From positions 160,001 to 224,000 of the forward strand of contig CAVONQ010000002.1 in the NCBI GenBank assembly GCA_963697335.1: 64,000 nt of DNA. The letters run 5' to 3'. The notes beneath the pieces are model-generated. The model searched no databases and was not told the DNA's origin. It was given only the letters and a program-made list of their open reading frames with translations. The position numbers and the translations under genes are program-made. This DNA comes from an uncultured cyanobacterium. Its GTDB lineage: Bacteria > Cyanobacteriota > Cyanobacteriia > PCC-6307 > Cyanobiaceae. This document shows, piece after piece, positions 1 through 11,536 of this stretch; positions within the stretch are counted from its first letter, which is position 1; each line of letters starts with the position of its first letter.

Positions 1-790
1 TCGGCAGCAGGGGCAGCTGGGCGCTCAGCCCCACGATCAGCGGCTCCGCATCCGCCAGGCTGGAATAGCGGCGCGGCTGCCGCTGGAACTGCTCCAGAAA
101 GGTCTCGGCGAGGGCCAGTTCGGCCAGCTCCTGCTCCAGCTGGGCGGGATCGGCCAGCCGGTAGGCCTCCTGGATCCAGGCGTCGGCGAGGCCGAGCCGA
201 CCGTGCTGCTCCCGCAGCTTGAGGCGCCGCTCCAGCCAGCCGTAGGCCAGCTTGGTGTCGGGCGCCATCTGCAGGCTCGCCTCCAGAAACTCCAGGTCGG
301 CCCGGCTGACGCCCGGGGGCAGGATCGCCACCAAGGGCGTCTGGAAGCGCCCGTAGCGCTGGGGATCCTGGGCCAGCAGGCAGCGCATCGCCGCCAGCCG
401 CCGGTTGCCATTGATCACCACCCCATCGGTGTCCACCAGCAGCGGCTCGGTCTGCACGGCGAGCCGTTGCAGCTCCTGCAGGATCGGCCCGCGCGGGTCG
501 CCGGCCTTGGTCACCAGCAGCCCGTGCAGCAGGGCCTGGGTCTCCATGCTGTCCTCGGCGGCGTGCAGCCGCGCCAGGGCCGCCGGCTCACCGCCCAGCT
601 GCTCCTCCAGATCGGCCAGCAACCGGCCGTTGTCCACCCGGTACACCAGCAGCTCCTGCTCCAACGGAGCCGCCGGGACCGTCACGGCCCCGTCATGCAG
701 GGTCACCCAGTGGTCGCGCACGGCCTGGGCGGCGGCGCTGGCGATCCGTTGCCGGCGGGCGCTGACTTCGAGGAGGCGGGGCAGATCCAT
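1..790 (-). CDS. ParB/Srx-like N-terminal domain protein, 3' end outside window
   Basis: Hand translation from ATG at 790 ([16 protein letters not shown]...YRVDNGRL...[24 protein letters not shown]...) stays open to the window edge. The EPLLV..DG.VINGNRR segment resembles the ParB GxRR motif. Not in the ORF track because it has no stop in the window. Confidence 0.65.
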   Translation of the reverse strand, partial: MDLPRLLEVSARRQRIASAAAQAVRDHWVTLHDGAVTVPAAPLEQELLVYRVDNGRLLADLEEQLGGEPAALARLHAAEDSMETQALLHGLLVTKAGDPRGPILQELQRLAVQTEPLLVDTDGVVINGNRRLAAMRCLLAQDPQRYGRFQTPLVAILPPGVSRADLEFLEASLQMAPDTKLAYGWLERRLKLREQHGRLGLADAWIQEAYRLADPAQLEQELAELALAETFLEQFQRQPRRYSSLADAEPLIVGLSAQLPLLP

Positions 791-929
791 GCAGGGGGAG
801 CCAGCGGGATCCAGTGTCCCGCAGAGGGGCGAAAAGCCCCGCCGGTCTTGCCGTGTGTGTGGCCTCGGCCCGCCAGGCCTGAGGAATGGGGCTTCACCTG
901 AGAGAATCGCGCCCAGTCCCCATCTCCCC

Positions 930-1886
930 ATGACCGCGGCGGTGAGCACGACCCCTGGCAGCCCCGCCGACGGCACCGGTGCAGGCCACGAGGGGGCCGG
1001 CTTTGATTTCCCTGCCTATCTGGAGGCGACGCGCCTGCGGGTGGAGACCGCCCTGGAGGCCTCCCTGGGGCCGGAGCGGCCCGAGTCGCTGCGGGAGGCA
1101 ATGCGTTATTCGCTGCTGGCCGGCGGCAAGCGGCTGCGGCCGATCCTCTGCCTGGCGGCCTGTGAGCTGGCCGGTGGCGACAGCGCCCTGGCCATGCCCA
1201 CGGCTCTGGCCCTGGAGATGATCCACACCATGTCGCTGATCCATGACGATCTGCCCGCCATGGACGACGACGACCTGCGCCGAGGCCGACCCACCAACCA
1301 CAAGGTGTATGGCGAGGCCAAGGCGATCCTGGCCGGTGACGCCCTGCTCACCAGGGCCTTCGAGATGGTGGCGTTGCGCAGCCCCCAGGTGCCGGCCGAG
1401 CATCTGCTGCGCGTGGTCGGCGAGTTGAGCCTGGCCTCCGGAGCCCCGGGTCTGGTGGGGGGGCAGGTGGTGGATCTGGAGTGTGAGGGCAAGGACGTGG
1501 ACCTCGACACCCTGGAGTACATCCACCTCCACAAGACCGGCGCCCTGCTGCGGGCCTGCGTGATCAGCGGCGCCCTGATCGCCGGCGCCCCGGAGGCCCT
1601 GCTCACGGCCCTGCGCACCTACGCGCGGGGCATCGGCCTCGCCTTCCAGATCATCGACGACATCCTGGATGTCACCGCCAGCAGCGAAGTGCTTGGCAAG
1701 ACCGCCGGCAAGGATCTCGCCGCCGACAAGACCACCTATCCCAAGCTGCTGGGGCTGGAGGAGTCGCGCCTGCGGGCGGAAGCCCTGGTGACTGGCGCCA
1801 AGGCCGCCCTGGAGCCCTTCGCCGCCGCAGGCCAGGCCGCCCCCCTGCTCGCCCTCGCCGACTACATCACCAGCCGCGACCGATGA
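930..1886 (+). CDS. crtE: geranylgeranyl diphosphate synthase
   Basis: GGKRLRP, first Asp-rich motif [17 protein letters not shown], second motif [14 protein letters not shown]. Start taken at ATG 930. Confidence 0.93.
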   Translation: MTAAVSTTPGSPADGTGAGHEGAGFDFPAYLEATRLRVETALEASLGPERPESLREAMRYSLLAGGKRLRPILCLAACELAGGDSALAMPTALALEMIHTMSLIHDDLPAMDDDDLRRGRPTNHKVYGEAKAILAGDALLTRAFEMVALRSPQVPAEHLLRVVGELSLASGAPGLVGGQVVDLECEGKDVDLDTLEYIHLHKTGALLRACVISGALIAGAPEALLTALRTYARGIGLAFQIIDDILDVTASSEVLGKTAGKDLAADKTTYPKLLGLEESRLRAEALVTGAKAALEPFAAAGQAAPLLALADYITSRDR

Positions 1887-2425
1887 CCGTGATGCCTGTG
1901 GCGGCCATCCATGACGCCCAGCCCCTGGCGGCCCTGCTCAGCAACAACGCCCTCTGGTGGGGTCTGGCCGCCTGCGGCCTGGCCCAGGCGTCCAAGCTGC
2001 TGATCGAGCTGGTGCTGCACCGGCGCTGGCGGCCGGCCGTGCTGTTCGAAACGGGCGGCATGCCCTCCAGCCATTCCGCCCTGCTCACGGGCACCACGGC
2101 GGCGCTGGGCTGGCAGCAGGGCTTCGCAGATCCGCTGTTTGCCCTGGCGGCCACCCTCTGTTTCGTGGTGCTCTACGACGCCTCCGGGGTGCGGCGGGCC
2201 GCCGGGCTCACCGCCGAGCGGGTGAACCAGCTGCCCGACGCGCTCTGGCCCGGGGAGCCCGGCGCCCCCGAGGCCAGACCCCTCAAGGAAAATCTCGGCC
2301 ACACCCGCCTGGAGGTGCTGGTGGGCAGCCTGCTGGGCCCGGCGATCGCCCTGCCCGGGCTGGTGCTGCTGGGCTCTCCCCTGGAGCTGGCCCACGCCTG
2401 GGGTGTGTGGCTTGGGCTCGGTTGA
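1883..2425 (+). CDS. divergent PAP2 family membrane protein (DUF212-like)
   Basis: [22 protein letters not shown] and [10 protein letters not shown] motifs; hydrophobic; overlaps the crtE stop. Confidence 0.88.
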   Translation: MTVMPVAAIHDAQPLAALLSNNALWWGLAACGLAQASKLLIELVLHRRWRPAVLFETGGMPSSHSALLTGTTAALGWQQGFADPLFALAATLCFVVLYDASGVRRAAGLTAERVNQLPDALWPGEPGAPEARPLKENLGHTRLEVLVGSLLGPAIALPGLVLLGSPLELAHAWGVWLGLG

Positions 2426-3903
2426 GCCAGCCTCCCGCCCCGGCTGAGCCGCCGGTCCCTGGCACCGTGTTCACAGCGGGGCAACGGGCGGCCTGCACGG
2501 GCTTCGCCGCCTGGCTGGCCGAGCCGGCGGAGGGCCGGCCGTTCGTGCTCAGCGGCTACGCCGGCACCGGCAAGACCTTCCTCTCGATGGCATTCCTGCA
2601 GCTGGTGGAGGCCCAGCAGCTCTGCTGGACCGTGGTGGCCCCCACCCACAAGGCGGTGGGCGTGCTGCGCCACCACCTCGGCCGGGCCGCCCTCCAGCCC
2701 ACCTGGTACCCCTCCACCATCCACCGCCTGCTGCGGCTGCGTCTGAAGCGGCAAGGTGATCGGGAGCGCTGTGAGGAAACGGAGCAGACCGCCGCGGCCC
2801 TGGAGCACCTGGGCCTGGTGCTGGTGGATGAGGCCTCGATGGTGGACAGCACCCTGCTGGAGATCAGCCTGCGCTGCGCCCATCCCTTCGGCACCCGCCT
2901 GGTGTTCGTGGGTGATCCGGCCCAGCTGCCGCCGGTGGGGGAGCCCTGCAGCCCCGTGTTCAGCCTGGGGCGGGCCGCTGCGGCGGAGCTCACCGAGGTG
3001 GTGCGCCATCAGGGCCCGGTGCTGCAGCTGGCCCAGGGCATCCGGGAGGAGCGGCTGCCCGCGCGCCAGCCCCCCGCCCTGCCGCCCGTGCGCACGGAGC
3101 TGGGGGAGGTGGCGCTGCTGCCCCGCCCGCAGTGGCTGGAGGCCGCCCAGGACGCCCTGCGCCGCAGCGCCGCCACCGACAACCCCGATCTGGCCCGCAT
3201 CCTCTGTTACACGAACCGCTCCCTGGAACAGCTGGTGCCGATCGCCCGCCGCGCCCTGCATGGCGCCATGGCCGACCAGCTGCCGGTGCTGCCCGGCGAG
3301 GTGCTGATCACCCGCAGCGCCGTGATGGCGCCGGCCTGCCGCGAGGGCGATGAGGCCGCCGAGGAGCCCGACATGGTGCTCGGCTCCAACCGGGAGCTGC
3401 TGGTGCGCGACGTGACGCCGGAGCGCTGTGATCTGGGTGAGTTCGGCCTCAGCTCGGCCGATCTGGGCGGGGGCCTGGCGGTGCCCGTGGTGGACACCCT
3501 GATGGCGGCGGTGGACAGCGGCGACAGCCAGTTCAACCTGCGCCTGCTTCCTCCCCTCGGCACGGCCGGGCGCGCCGCCATCGAGCAGGTGCTGGCCACG
3601 TTGCGACAGCAGGCCCGCAGCGCCGACAAGCAGGCGGGCCGCGCCCTCTGGCGGCGCTTCTTTCTGCTGCGGGATGCCTTCGCGGCGCTCGGACCCGCCG
3701 CCGTGCTCACCGTGCACCGCAGCCAGGGCAGCACCTTCGCCGAGGTGTTCGTGGATGGCGATGTGTTCTGGTCGCGCGATCCGCTGCTGCGGCGCCAGCT
3801 GCTCTACGTGGCGGTGAGCCGGGCCAGCCAGCGGGTCGCCCTGGTGGCGGGTGCGGGAGGGAGCGGCGACGCCCAGCTCTGGCAGCAGTGGCTCTCCAGC
3901 TGA
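2422..3903 (+). CDS. RecD-like SF1 helicase / AAA ATPase
   Basis: Walker A GYAGTGKT, APTHKA, VDEASM, GDPAQLPPV, TVHRSQGSTF, YVAVSRA. Start uncertain (TTG 2422 or GTG 2467). Confidence 0.88.
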   Translation: MSQPPAPAEPPVPGTVFTAGQRAACTGFAAWLAEPAEGRPFVLSGYAGTGKTFLSMAFLQLVEAQQLCWTVVAPTHKAVGVLRHHLGRAALQPTWYPSTIHRLLRLRLKRQGDRERCEETEQTAAALEHLGLVLVDEASMVDSTLLEISLRCAHPFGTRLVFVGDPAQLPPVGEPCSPVFSLGRAAAAELTEVVRHQGPVLQLAQGIREERLPARQPPALPPVRTELGEVALLPRPQWLEAAQDALRRSAATDNPDLARILCYTNRSLEQLVPIARRALHGAMADQLPVLPGEVLITRSAVMAPACREGDEAAEEPDMVLGSNRELLVRDVTPERCDLGEFGLSSADLGGGLAVPVVDTLMAAVDSGDSQFNLRLLPPLGTAGRAAIEQVLATLRQQARSADKQAGRALWRRFFLLRDAFAALGPAAVLTVHRSQGSTFAEVFVDGDVFWSRDPLLRRQLLYVAVSRASQRVALVAGAGGSGDAQLWQQWLSS

Positions 3904-3936
3904 GCTGCAGCAGCGGGGTTCCACTGAAGGTGGTGG

Positions 3937-4611
3937 CTAGAGGCTGAGCTGCAGCCCCTCGATCCCCTGCCAGCCGAGATAGACCGCCAGGCCCAGGCTC
4001 ACCAGCCCCACCAGAGCATCGCCCCGGGCCAGCAGCCAGGCCTTGCCGCCCCGCAGCAGCGGCAGCACCCGCTCGCTGCCCAGCAGCAGCAGGGCCAGCA
4101 GCGGCAGCAGCAGCAGCAGCGTGCTGGTGAGGCTGAACAACAGGGTGCCCAGCACCTCCTGGCCCGGCGCCAGGCCGGCCTCCAGCAGGCTGCCGGCGGT
4201 CTTGGCGAACAGGAACAGATCGTCCGGGCTGATGATCTGCAGCCCCATGCTCAGGGCCAGCAGCAGCGGCAGGGGCAGGGCGCAGAAGCGCTCCAGCTTG
4301 TCGGCCCAGGCAGGCGGAGCATTCGCTTCGCCGCGGTTGAGCAGCTCCTTCAGGCCCAGGGCCAGCAGGGCCCCGGCGGCCAGCAGGTCGAGGCCGGTGC
4401 GGTGGGCCGTGCCCTTCTCCATGCTGAGCAGCAGCCCATGGCCCACCGTGAGCAGGGCCGCCACCACCACGGCGCTGGTGGCCCACCAGGCCAGCACGAA
4501 GCCCACGCCCCGCAGGCGGGGGCGTTCGCCGAGCAGCAACAGCAGCAGCAAGCCGATGTGCAGGGGTGAGATGGCCAGGGCCAGCCCGAAGGCCGAGAGT
4601 TCCCCCAGCAA
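3937..4611 (-). CDS. GAP/SfLAP-family integral membrane protein
   Basis: Multiple hydrophobic helices with an N-terminal GLALAISP motif. Confidence 0.7.
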   Translation of the reverse strand: MLGELSAFGLALAISPLHIGLLLLLLLGERPRLRGVGFVLAWWATSAVVVAALLTVGHGLLLSMEKGTAHRTGLDLLAAGALLALGLKELLNRGEANAPPAWADKLERFCALPLPLLLALSMGLQIISPDDLFLFAKTAGSLLEAGLAPGQEVLGTLLFSLTSTLLLLLPLLALLLLGSERVLPLLRGGKAWLLARGDALVGLVSLGLAVYLGWQGIEGLQLSL

Positions 4612-4631
4612 GTGGCCCGTGGTGAGGTGTG

Positions 4632-5057
4632 TCAGGACCGCACCTCAAACCAGTCGGCGCCGGTGAGGCCGATCGGCTGGGTCGTCACCCGCCGCACCCG
4701 CGCCAGGGACGGGCCCCGTTCACACCAGAGCCTCAGGGCCTGGAGCTGCCCGGCGCTTCCCTCGGCCTCCAGCTCCACCAGGCCGTCGGAGCGGTTGCGC
4801 ACCCAGCCCCCCAGGCCGAGGCTGCGGGCCTCGCGGCAGCAGGCAGCCCGGTAGCCCACCCCCTGCACCTGGCCCTCCACGGTCAGCCGCCAGCGCTCAA
4901 GGGGGATTCCCTGGGGCGGTTCGCCAGGGTGAATGAAGCGGCGCTCGTCGGCACCGGCACGGCGTTCGAGGCTGCGGCGGCGATCCGGCCGGGAATCGCC
5001 GGGCAGCCAGCCCAGTGCAGGTGCAGCCAGCTGGCGTGCAGCGTTGCTGTTGACCAT
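4632..5057 (-). CDS. acyP: acylphosphatase
   Basis: VEGQVQGVGYR and GWVRNRSDGLVE signatures. Start uncertain; the nearest ATG (5057) lies inside cobB. Confidence 0.82.
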   Translation of the reverse strand: MVNSNAARQLAAPALGWLPGDSRPDRRRSLERRAGADERRFIHPGEPPQGIPLERWRLTVEGQVQGVGYRAACCREARSLGLGGWVRNRSDGLVELEAEGSAGQLQALRLWCERGPSLARVRRVTTQPIGLTGADWFEVRS

Positions 5058-6319
5058 CCTTCGCTCCGGCTCGGACAACCCCAGCCTTCAAGCTGCCATA
5101 AAGCGCCGGCGCCGGCCACATCCTGGAGCTGCCAGCGATGGAACTCATGGCCGCGCAGCCGCTCGCCGCGCCGCACCAGCAGGCCATCACTGAGGACCGT
5201 GGCCTCGCGGTAGCCCAGGCTGAGGCTGCCGCGGGCGGCGGTGAAGGGCAGCACTCCCGCCATGGCATGGGAGCGCCCCTGGGGATCCAGCAGGCTCTGG
5301 CCCAGCAGCATGAGCCCACCGCATTCGGCGGCGATCGGGATCCCGGCCGCGGCGGCCTGGCGCAGCGAGGTGAGGCTGCGCCGGCTGGCCGCCAGCGTCC
5401 CGGCGTGCAGTTCCGGGTAGCCCCCCGGCAGCAGCACCGCCCGGCAGCCCGGCGGCAGGGGCTGATCGGCCAGGGGACTCCAGGGCAGGGGCTCCAGGCC
5501 CCAGGCCCGCAGCAGCTCATCGGCCTCGGGATAGCCGAAGTGGAAGGCGGCATCGCTGGCCACGGCGATCGGCAGCGGCCGGGGGGCCGGCTCGGCCCCA
5601 TGCAGCGCGGCGATCGGGTCCCCCCTGCCGGCCCCGGACGGCACCGGTGCCAGCAGGGGCCAGAGCCGTTCGAGATCGAGGTGGCGCTCCGCCAGGGCGG
5701 CCCAGGCCTGCTGGCGCTCAGGCAGATCGGGGATTTCATCGGGCGTCAGCAGGCCCAGGTGGCGCGAGGGCCACACCAGGGCCTCCTCGCTGGGCAGCAC
5801 CCCCAGCAGCGGCACCTCGATCGCCTGCAGGGCCTCGGCCAGCAGCTGGTGGTGGCGCGGACTGCCCACCCGGTTGAGCACCACGCCGGCGAGCTGCACC
5901 CGGGGCGGGCCGTGGTCGCGGAAGCCCCGCACCAGGGCCGCCAGGGAGCCGGCCTGGCGGGAGGCCTCCACCACCAGCACCACGGGCAGATCCAGCAGGG
6001 CCGCCACCGCTGCGGAGCTGCCCTCGCTGCTCGACCCGCGGCCATCGAACAGGCCCATCACCCCCTCCACCAGGGCCAGGTCGGCGCGGCTGCCATGCCA
6101 CTGGAAGCAGTCCTGCACCCAGCTCTCACCGCAGAGCAGGGGGTCGAGGTTGCGGCAAGGCAGGCCGCTCACCCGGCTGAGCAGCTGGGGATCGAGATAG
6201 TCGGGCCCCACCTTGAAGGGTTGCAGCCGCAGGCCCCGGCTGCGGGCCAGGGCGGCCAGGCTCACGCTCAGCAGGGTCTTGCCGCTGCCGCTGCTGGGCG
6301 CTGCGATCAGGCAGGGCAC
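4883..6319 (-). CDS. cobB: cobyrinate a,c-diamide synthase
   Basis: APSSGSGKT, FKVGPDYLDP, EGVMGLFDG, PGGYPELH, AECGG, GHEFH. GTG start next to the opcA stop. Confidence 0.92.
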   Translation of the reverse strand: MPCLIAAPSSGSGKTLLSVSLAALARSRGLRLQPFKVGPDYLDPQLLSRVSGLPCRNLDPLLCGESWVQDCFQWHGSRADLALVEGVMGLFDGRGSSSEGSSAAVAALLDLPVVLVVEASRQAGSLAALVRGFRDHGPPRVQLAGVVLNRVGSPRHHQLLAEALQAIEVPLLGVLPSEEALVWPSRHLGLLTPDEIPDLPERQQAWAALAERHLDLERLWPLLAPVPSGAGRGDPIAALHGAEPAPRPLPIAVASDAAFHFGYPEADELLRAWGLEPLPWSPLADQPLPPGCRAVLLPGGYPELHAGTLAASRRSLTSLRQAAAAGIPIAAECGGLMLLGQSLLDPQGRSHAMAGVLPFTAARGSLSLGYREATVLSDGLLVRRGERLRGHEFHRWQLQDVAGAGALWQLEGWGCPSRSEGWSTATLHASWLHLHWAGCPAIPGRIAAAASNAVPVPTSAASFTLANRPRESPLSAGG

Positions 6320-6320
6320 C

Positions 6321-7634
6321 TCAGGCGGGCAGCAGCCGGGCGGCGATCGGCGCCGCTGCCGCCAGCAGCGGGTTGGTGGTGTCGTGGCCGCCGGAGAGCA
6401 GCCGGGCCAGCTCTTCCTCCTCACTCTCATTGGGGAGCGGCACCACGTCTTCCTCGAGCTCCATCGAGGCCATGCCTCCGGCCTCCAGGCGCATGCAGCC
6501 CCCGGATTCGGAGCAGAGGATCACGCACAGGGGCGGCCGGCCCTCCGGAGCACAGATCAGGCGCAGGCCCACCAGGGCGCCGGGATGGATCTTGGGGCTG
6601 CCCACGGGCACGGGCATCAGCCGGAACTGCACCGGCGAGCCATCAGGGCGGCGGAACTCGGCGCCGATGCCCTCCTCATGGGCGCCGCTGCCGCAGCCAT
6701 CCACGGGCACGGCGTACGACTCCACCAGCTCCCAGCCGAGCCGGTCGGCCAGCCAGGCCGCCAGCAGCAGCCCCTTGAGCGGGTGGTCGCCCTCCACGTC
6801 GATGTCCAGCTGCACCACGTGCTCGAGGGCGTTGCGGCGCGGGGGCGGATCAAACACCATGGCCAGCGACTCCCGCCAGGTGCGCAGCCGCATCCAGTTG
6901 AGGTCGTTCACGGCCTGGCCGGCCGCGATCCGCTGCACCAGCAGGTCGATGCAGCGCCGGGGTCGGCCCAGGGAGCTGTCCACCACCAGGCGTCTGGAGG
7001 GCGGCGCCAGGGCCTCCAGCAGTTCGGGGGCCTCGTCGAGGCTGCTGTTCCACCACACCCAGCAGGGCAGGTCGTCGGCGATCAGGGGCAGCACCAGATC
7101 CAGCTGGCTCTTGAGCACCTCGCGGCCGCCGCGCAGCACCACCACGTCGCCGCAGGCGGGGCCGCGTCCACCCTCCTCGGGCAGGGGGCAGTAGGCGGCC
7201 ACAAGGGTTTCGAGCGGCCTGGACTCCTCCAGGGTGGGGGCCAGGGTGATCAGGCGGCGCGGCATGTGGGCACTGATCGCCCCGTCCACGAACTGACCGC
7301 GCTGGTCTTCGGCACTGGCGCTGCCCGCCTGCTGGCCCAGGCGCCAGGACAGGCGCTGGTCCATCACGGCGGTGCTGAACGGCAGGTCCAGATCCGGCAC
7401 GGCGGCCTTGGCCGCCTCGATCATGTCGGGGTCCAGCAGGCCCGTGAGCGGTCCGGGGGTGCGGCCGGTGCGGATCAGGTGCTGCTGCAGCCAGGAGGGT
7501 TCGTACACCACCAGGCTGAAGGTGGGTGCCCCGTTGGCATGCTGCAGCCCCTCCCCCCAGAGGTGCTCCAGGTAGGCAGCCACATCGGCGGGCGGCAGGG
7601 CGGTGGGGGCCTGGAGCGTGAGCTGGGGGGACAT
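6321..7634 (-). CDS. opcA: glucose-6-phosphate dehydrogenase assembly protein OpcA
   Basis: MSPQLTLQAP..., AAYCPLPEEG, PCWVWWN, DLNWMRLRTWRE; directly downstream of zwf. Confidence 0.92.
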   Translation of the reverse strand: MSPQLTLQAPTALPPADVAAYLEHLWGEGLQHANGAPTFSLVVYEPSWLQQHLIRTGRTPGPLTGLLDPDMIEAAKAAVPDLDLPFSTAVMDQRLSWRLGQQAGSASAEDQRGQFVDGAISAHMPRRLITLAPTLEESRPLETLVAAYCPLPEEGGRGPACGDVVVLRGGREVLKSQLDLVLPLIADDLPCWVWWNSSLDEAPELLEALAPPSRRLVVDSSLGRPRRCIDLLVQRIAAGQAVNDLNWMRLRTWRESLAMVFDPPPRRNALEHVVQLDIDVEGDHPLKGLLLAAWLADRLGWELVESYAVPVDGCGSGAHEEGIGAEFRRPDGSPVQFRLMPVPVGSPKIHPGALVGLRLICAPEGRPPLCVILCSESGGCMRLEAGGMASMELEEDVVPLPNESEEEELARLLSGGHDTTNPLLAAAAPIAARLLPA

Positions 7635-7671
7635 CAGGGGGTGGCGATGGTGGCTGGAGCTGGAGAGGGGA

Positions 7672-9195
7672 TCAGGGGCGGCGCCACACCAGGTCGTCCT
7701 CGGCCAGCAGGTTGTCGGCGGCCGCCGGACCCCAGGTGCGGGCCTCGTAGGGGTGCACCGGCAGCTGCCAGGGCGAATCCTCAATCAATTTGATCAGCGG
7801 GGTGTAGAGCCTCCAGGCGGCTTCCACCTCGTCGCTGCGGGTGAACAGGGTGGGTTCCCCCAGCATGGCGTCGGCGAGCAGCCGCACGTAGCCCTCGTCA
7901 CTGGGTTCGCCGAAGGAGTCGTCGTAGCTGAAGGCCATGTCCACCGGGCGGCTGCGCATGCCCGAACCCGGCGACTTCACCTCGAACTTGATCTCGGCGC
8001 CCTCGTCGGGCTGGATCCTCAGGATCAGCTGGTTCGGGGTCGGGGCGCCGCCGGCGGCATCGAACAGGTGCACTGGAGCCTTGCGGAAGGTGAGCACCAC
8101 TTCGGAGAGCCGTTTGGGCAGGCGCTTGCCGGTGCGCAGATAGAAGGGCACCCCCTGCCAGCGCCAGTTGTTGATGAACAGCTTCATGGCCACGTAGGTC
8201 TCGGTGGTGCTGTTCGGATTCACCCCCTGCTCCTCCCGGTAGCCCTGAATCGGCGTGCTGCGGCTGCCACCGGCGCTGTACTGGCCCCGCACGCAGCACT
8301 TCCAGGGCTCATTCTCATGGGCCAGGTGGGCGGCTTGCAGCACCTTGGCCTTCTCGTTGCGGATCGCCTCGGCGTCGAAGCGGCCGGGGGGCTCCATGGT
8401 GGTGAGCGCCAGCATCTGGGTGAGGTGGTTCTGCACCATGTCCCGCAGGGCGCCTGAGGTCTCGTAGTAGCCGGCCCGCTCTTCCACCCCCACGGTTTCG
8501 GCGGCCGTGATCTGCACGTTGGCGATGTAGTTGCGGTTCCAGATCGGCTCGAAGATGGTGTTGGCGAAGCGCATCACCAGGATGTTCTGAACCGTCTCCT
8601 TGCCGAGGTAGTGGTCGATCCGGAAGATCTGTTTCTCCTTGGCGCAGCCCAGCACCACCCGGTTCAGCTCCTGGGCACTGGCGTAGTCGGTGCCGAAGGG
8701 CTTTTCGATCACCACCCGGCTGCGCTCGCTGTCGCTGAGCAGACCGGCGGCCGCCAGGGCGCGGGTGCCGCTGCCGTAGAAGGCGGGCGACACGGAGAGA
8801 TAGAAGGTGCGGTTGCCCCGGGTGGCCCGCATCCGGTCGATCGCTTCGAGCCGCTCCCCCATGGTCACGATCGTGGCCGGGTTGGAGAGGTCGGCCGACT
8901 CGTAGAAGAGGCCAGCGGCGAAGTTCTCCCAGGCGGCGGGGTCTTCGGCGATCACCTGGCTGAGGGAGCTGGCCATGCGCGAGCGGAACTCCTCGTCGCT
9001 CCAGGGGCGGCGGGCGCAGCCGAGCACCGCGAACTCACTGGGCAGACGCCGCTGGCGGTGCAGCTCGAACAGGGCCGGGATCAGCTTGCGGTGGGTGAGG
9101 TCACCGCTGGCCCCGAAGATCACGATGATCTGGGGAGCGATGACCCGCTCCTGGCGCAGGCCGACCCGTAGCGGATTGGTGAGAACGGCGGCCAT
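7672..9195 (-). CDS. zwf: glucose-6-phosphate 1-dehydrogenase
   Basis: GASGDLTHRKL, IEKPFG, RIDHYLGKE active-site peptide. Confidence 0.97.
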   Translation of the reverse strand: MAAVLTNPLRVGLRQERVIAPQIIVIFGASGDLTHRKLIPALFELHRQRRLPSEFAVLGCARRPWSDEEFRSRMASSLSQVIAEDPAAWENFAAGLFYESADLSNPATIVTMGERLEAIDRMRATRGNRTFYLSVSPAFYGSGTRALAAAGLLSDSERSRVVIEKPFGTDYASAQELNRVVLGCAKEKQIFRIDHYLGKETVQNILVMRFANTIFEPIWNRNYIANVQITAAETVGVEERAGYYETSGALRDMVQNHLTQMLALTTMEPPGRFDAEAIRNEKAKVLQAAHLAHENEPWKCCVRGQYSAGGSRSTPIQGYREEQGVNPNSTTETYVAMKLFINNWRWQGVPFYLRTGKRLPKRLSEVVLTFRKAPVHLFDAAGGAPTPNQLILRIQPDEGAEIKFEVKSPGSGMRSRPVDMAFSYDDSFGEPSDEGYVRLLADAMLGEPTLFTRSDEVEAAWRLYTPLIKLIEDSPWQLPVHPYEARTWGPAAADNLLAEDDLVWRRP

Positions 9196-9302
9196 GGAGC
9201 ACCCACTGATCTCTCTGGTTTAACGGCGCCAGGGCCAAAGCCCAGGCCAGCGGTGCCTTTGTGATCCGCTCTGTGAGCGAACTCGAAAAAAGCCCGCCTG
9301 GG

Positions 9303-11213
<1,911 letters not shown>

Positions 11214-11377
11214 GGCCCATCGGTCAGGGCCGCGGCAACGATGGAACGCGATCAACGCGTACCGCCGTCAAATGTGCCCGATGTTCATGTAGCCGAAAGC
11301 AGGCGAATAGCCTCAGCCGGTGCAGCTCGTGCGGGCGCCCATTAGGCCGAGCTCAGATCACTGAGCAGTCGAACTTC

Positions 11378-11396
11378 CATGCTGTTGACCAGCATG
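11378..11396 (-). terminator. hairpin immediately downstream of tRNA-Glu (possible terminator or processing signal)
   Basis: Perfect 7-bp inverted repeat CATGCTG-TTGAC-CAGCATG. A second hairpin, GCTCAG-ATCA-CTGAGC, lies at 11351-11366. No strong U-tract. Confidence 0.35.
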
Positions 11397-11402
11397 AATC
11401 AA

Positions 11403-11475
11403 TACCCCCAAGGGGATTCGAACCCCTGTCGCCTCCGTGAAAGGGAGGTGTCCTAGGCCTCTAGACGATGGGGGC
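11403..11475 (-). tRNA. trnE: tRNA-Glu (anticodon TTC)
   Basis: Reverse complement GCCCCCATCGTCTAGAGGCCTAGGACACCTCCCTTTCACGGAGGCGACAGGGGTTCGAATCCCCTTGGGGGTA folds as a cloverleaf with a TTCGAA T-loop; CCA not encoded. Confidence 0.97.
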
Positions 11476-11536
11476 GAGGCCACAGCAGAAACAACGGCAG
11501 AATTGGTTTCGGAACCGCAGTGCTGATGGGAGGAAG

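Noticed and set aside
1883..2425. PAP2-like gene as a partner of the vanadium haloperoxidase
   Set aside because: It is the usual crtE neighbour, about 44 kb away with host-like composition. The fold relationship is only distant.
11214..11402. Possible integration scar downstream of tRNA-Glu
   Set aside because: No duplicated tRNA 3' end, integrase or cargo is visible; only two short hairpins.
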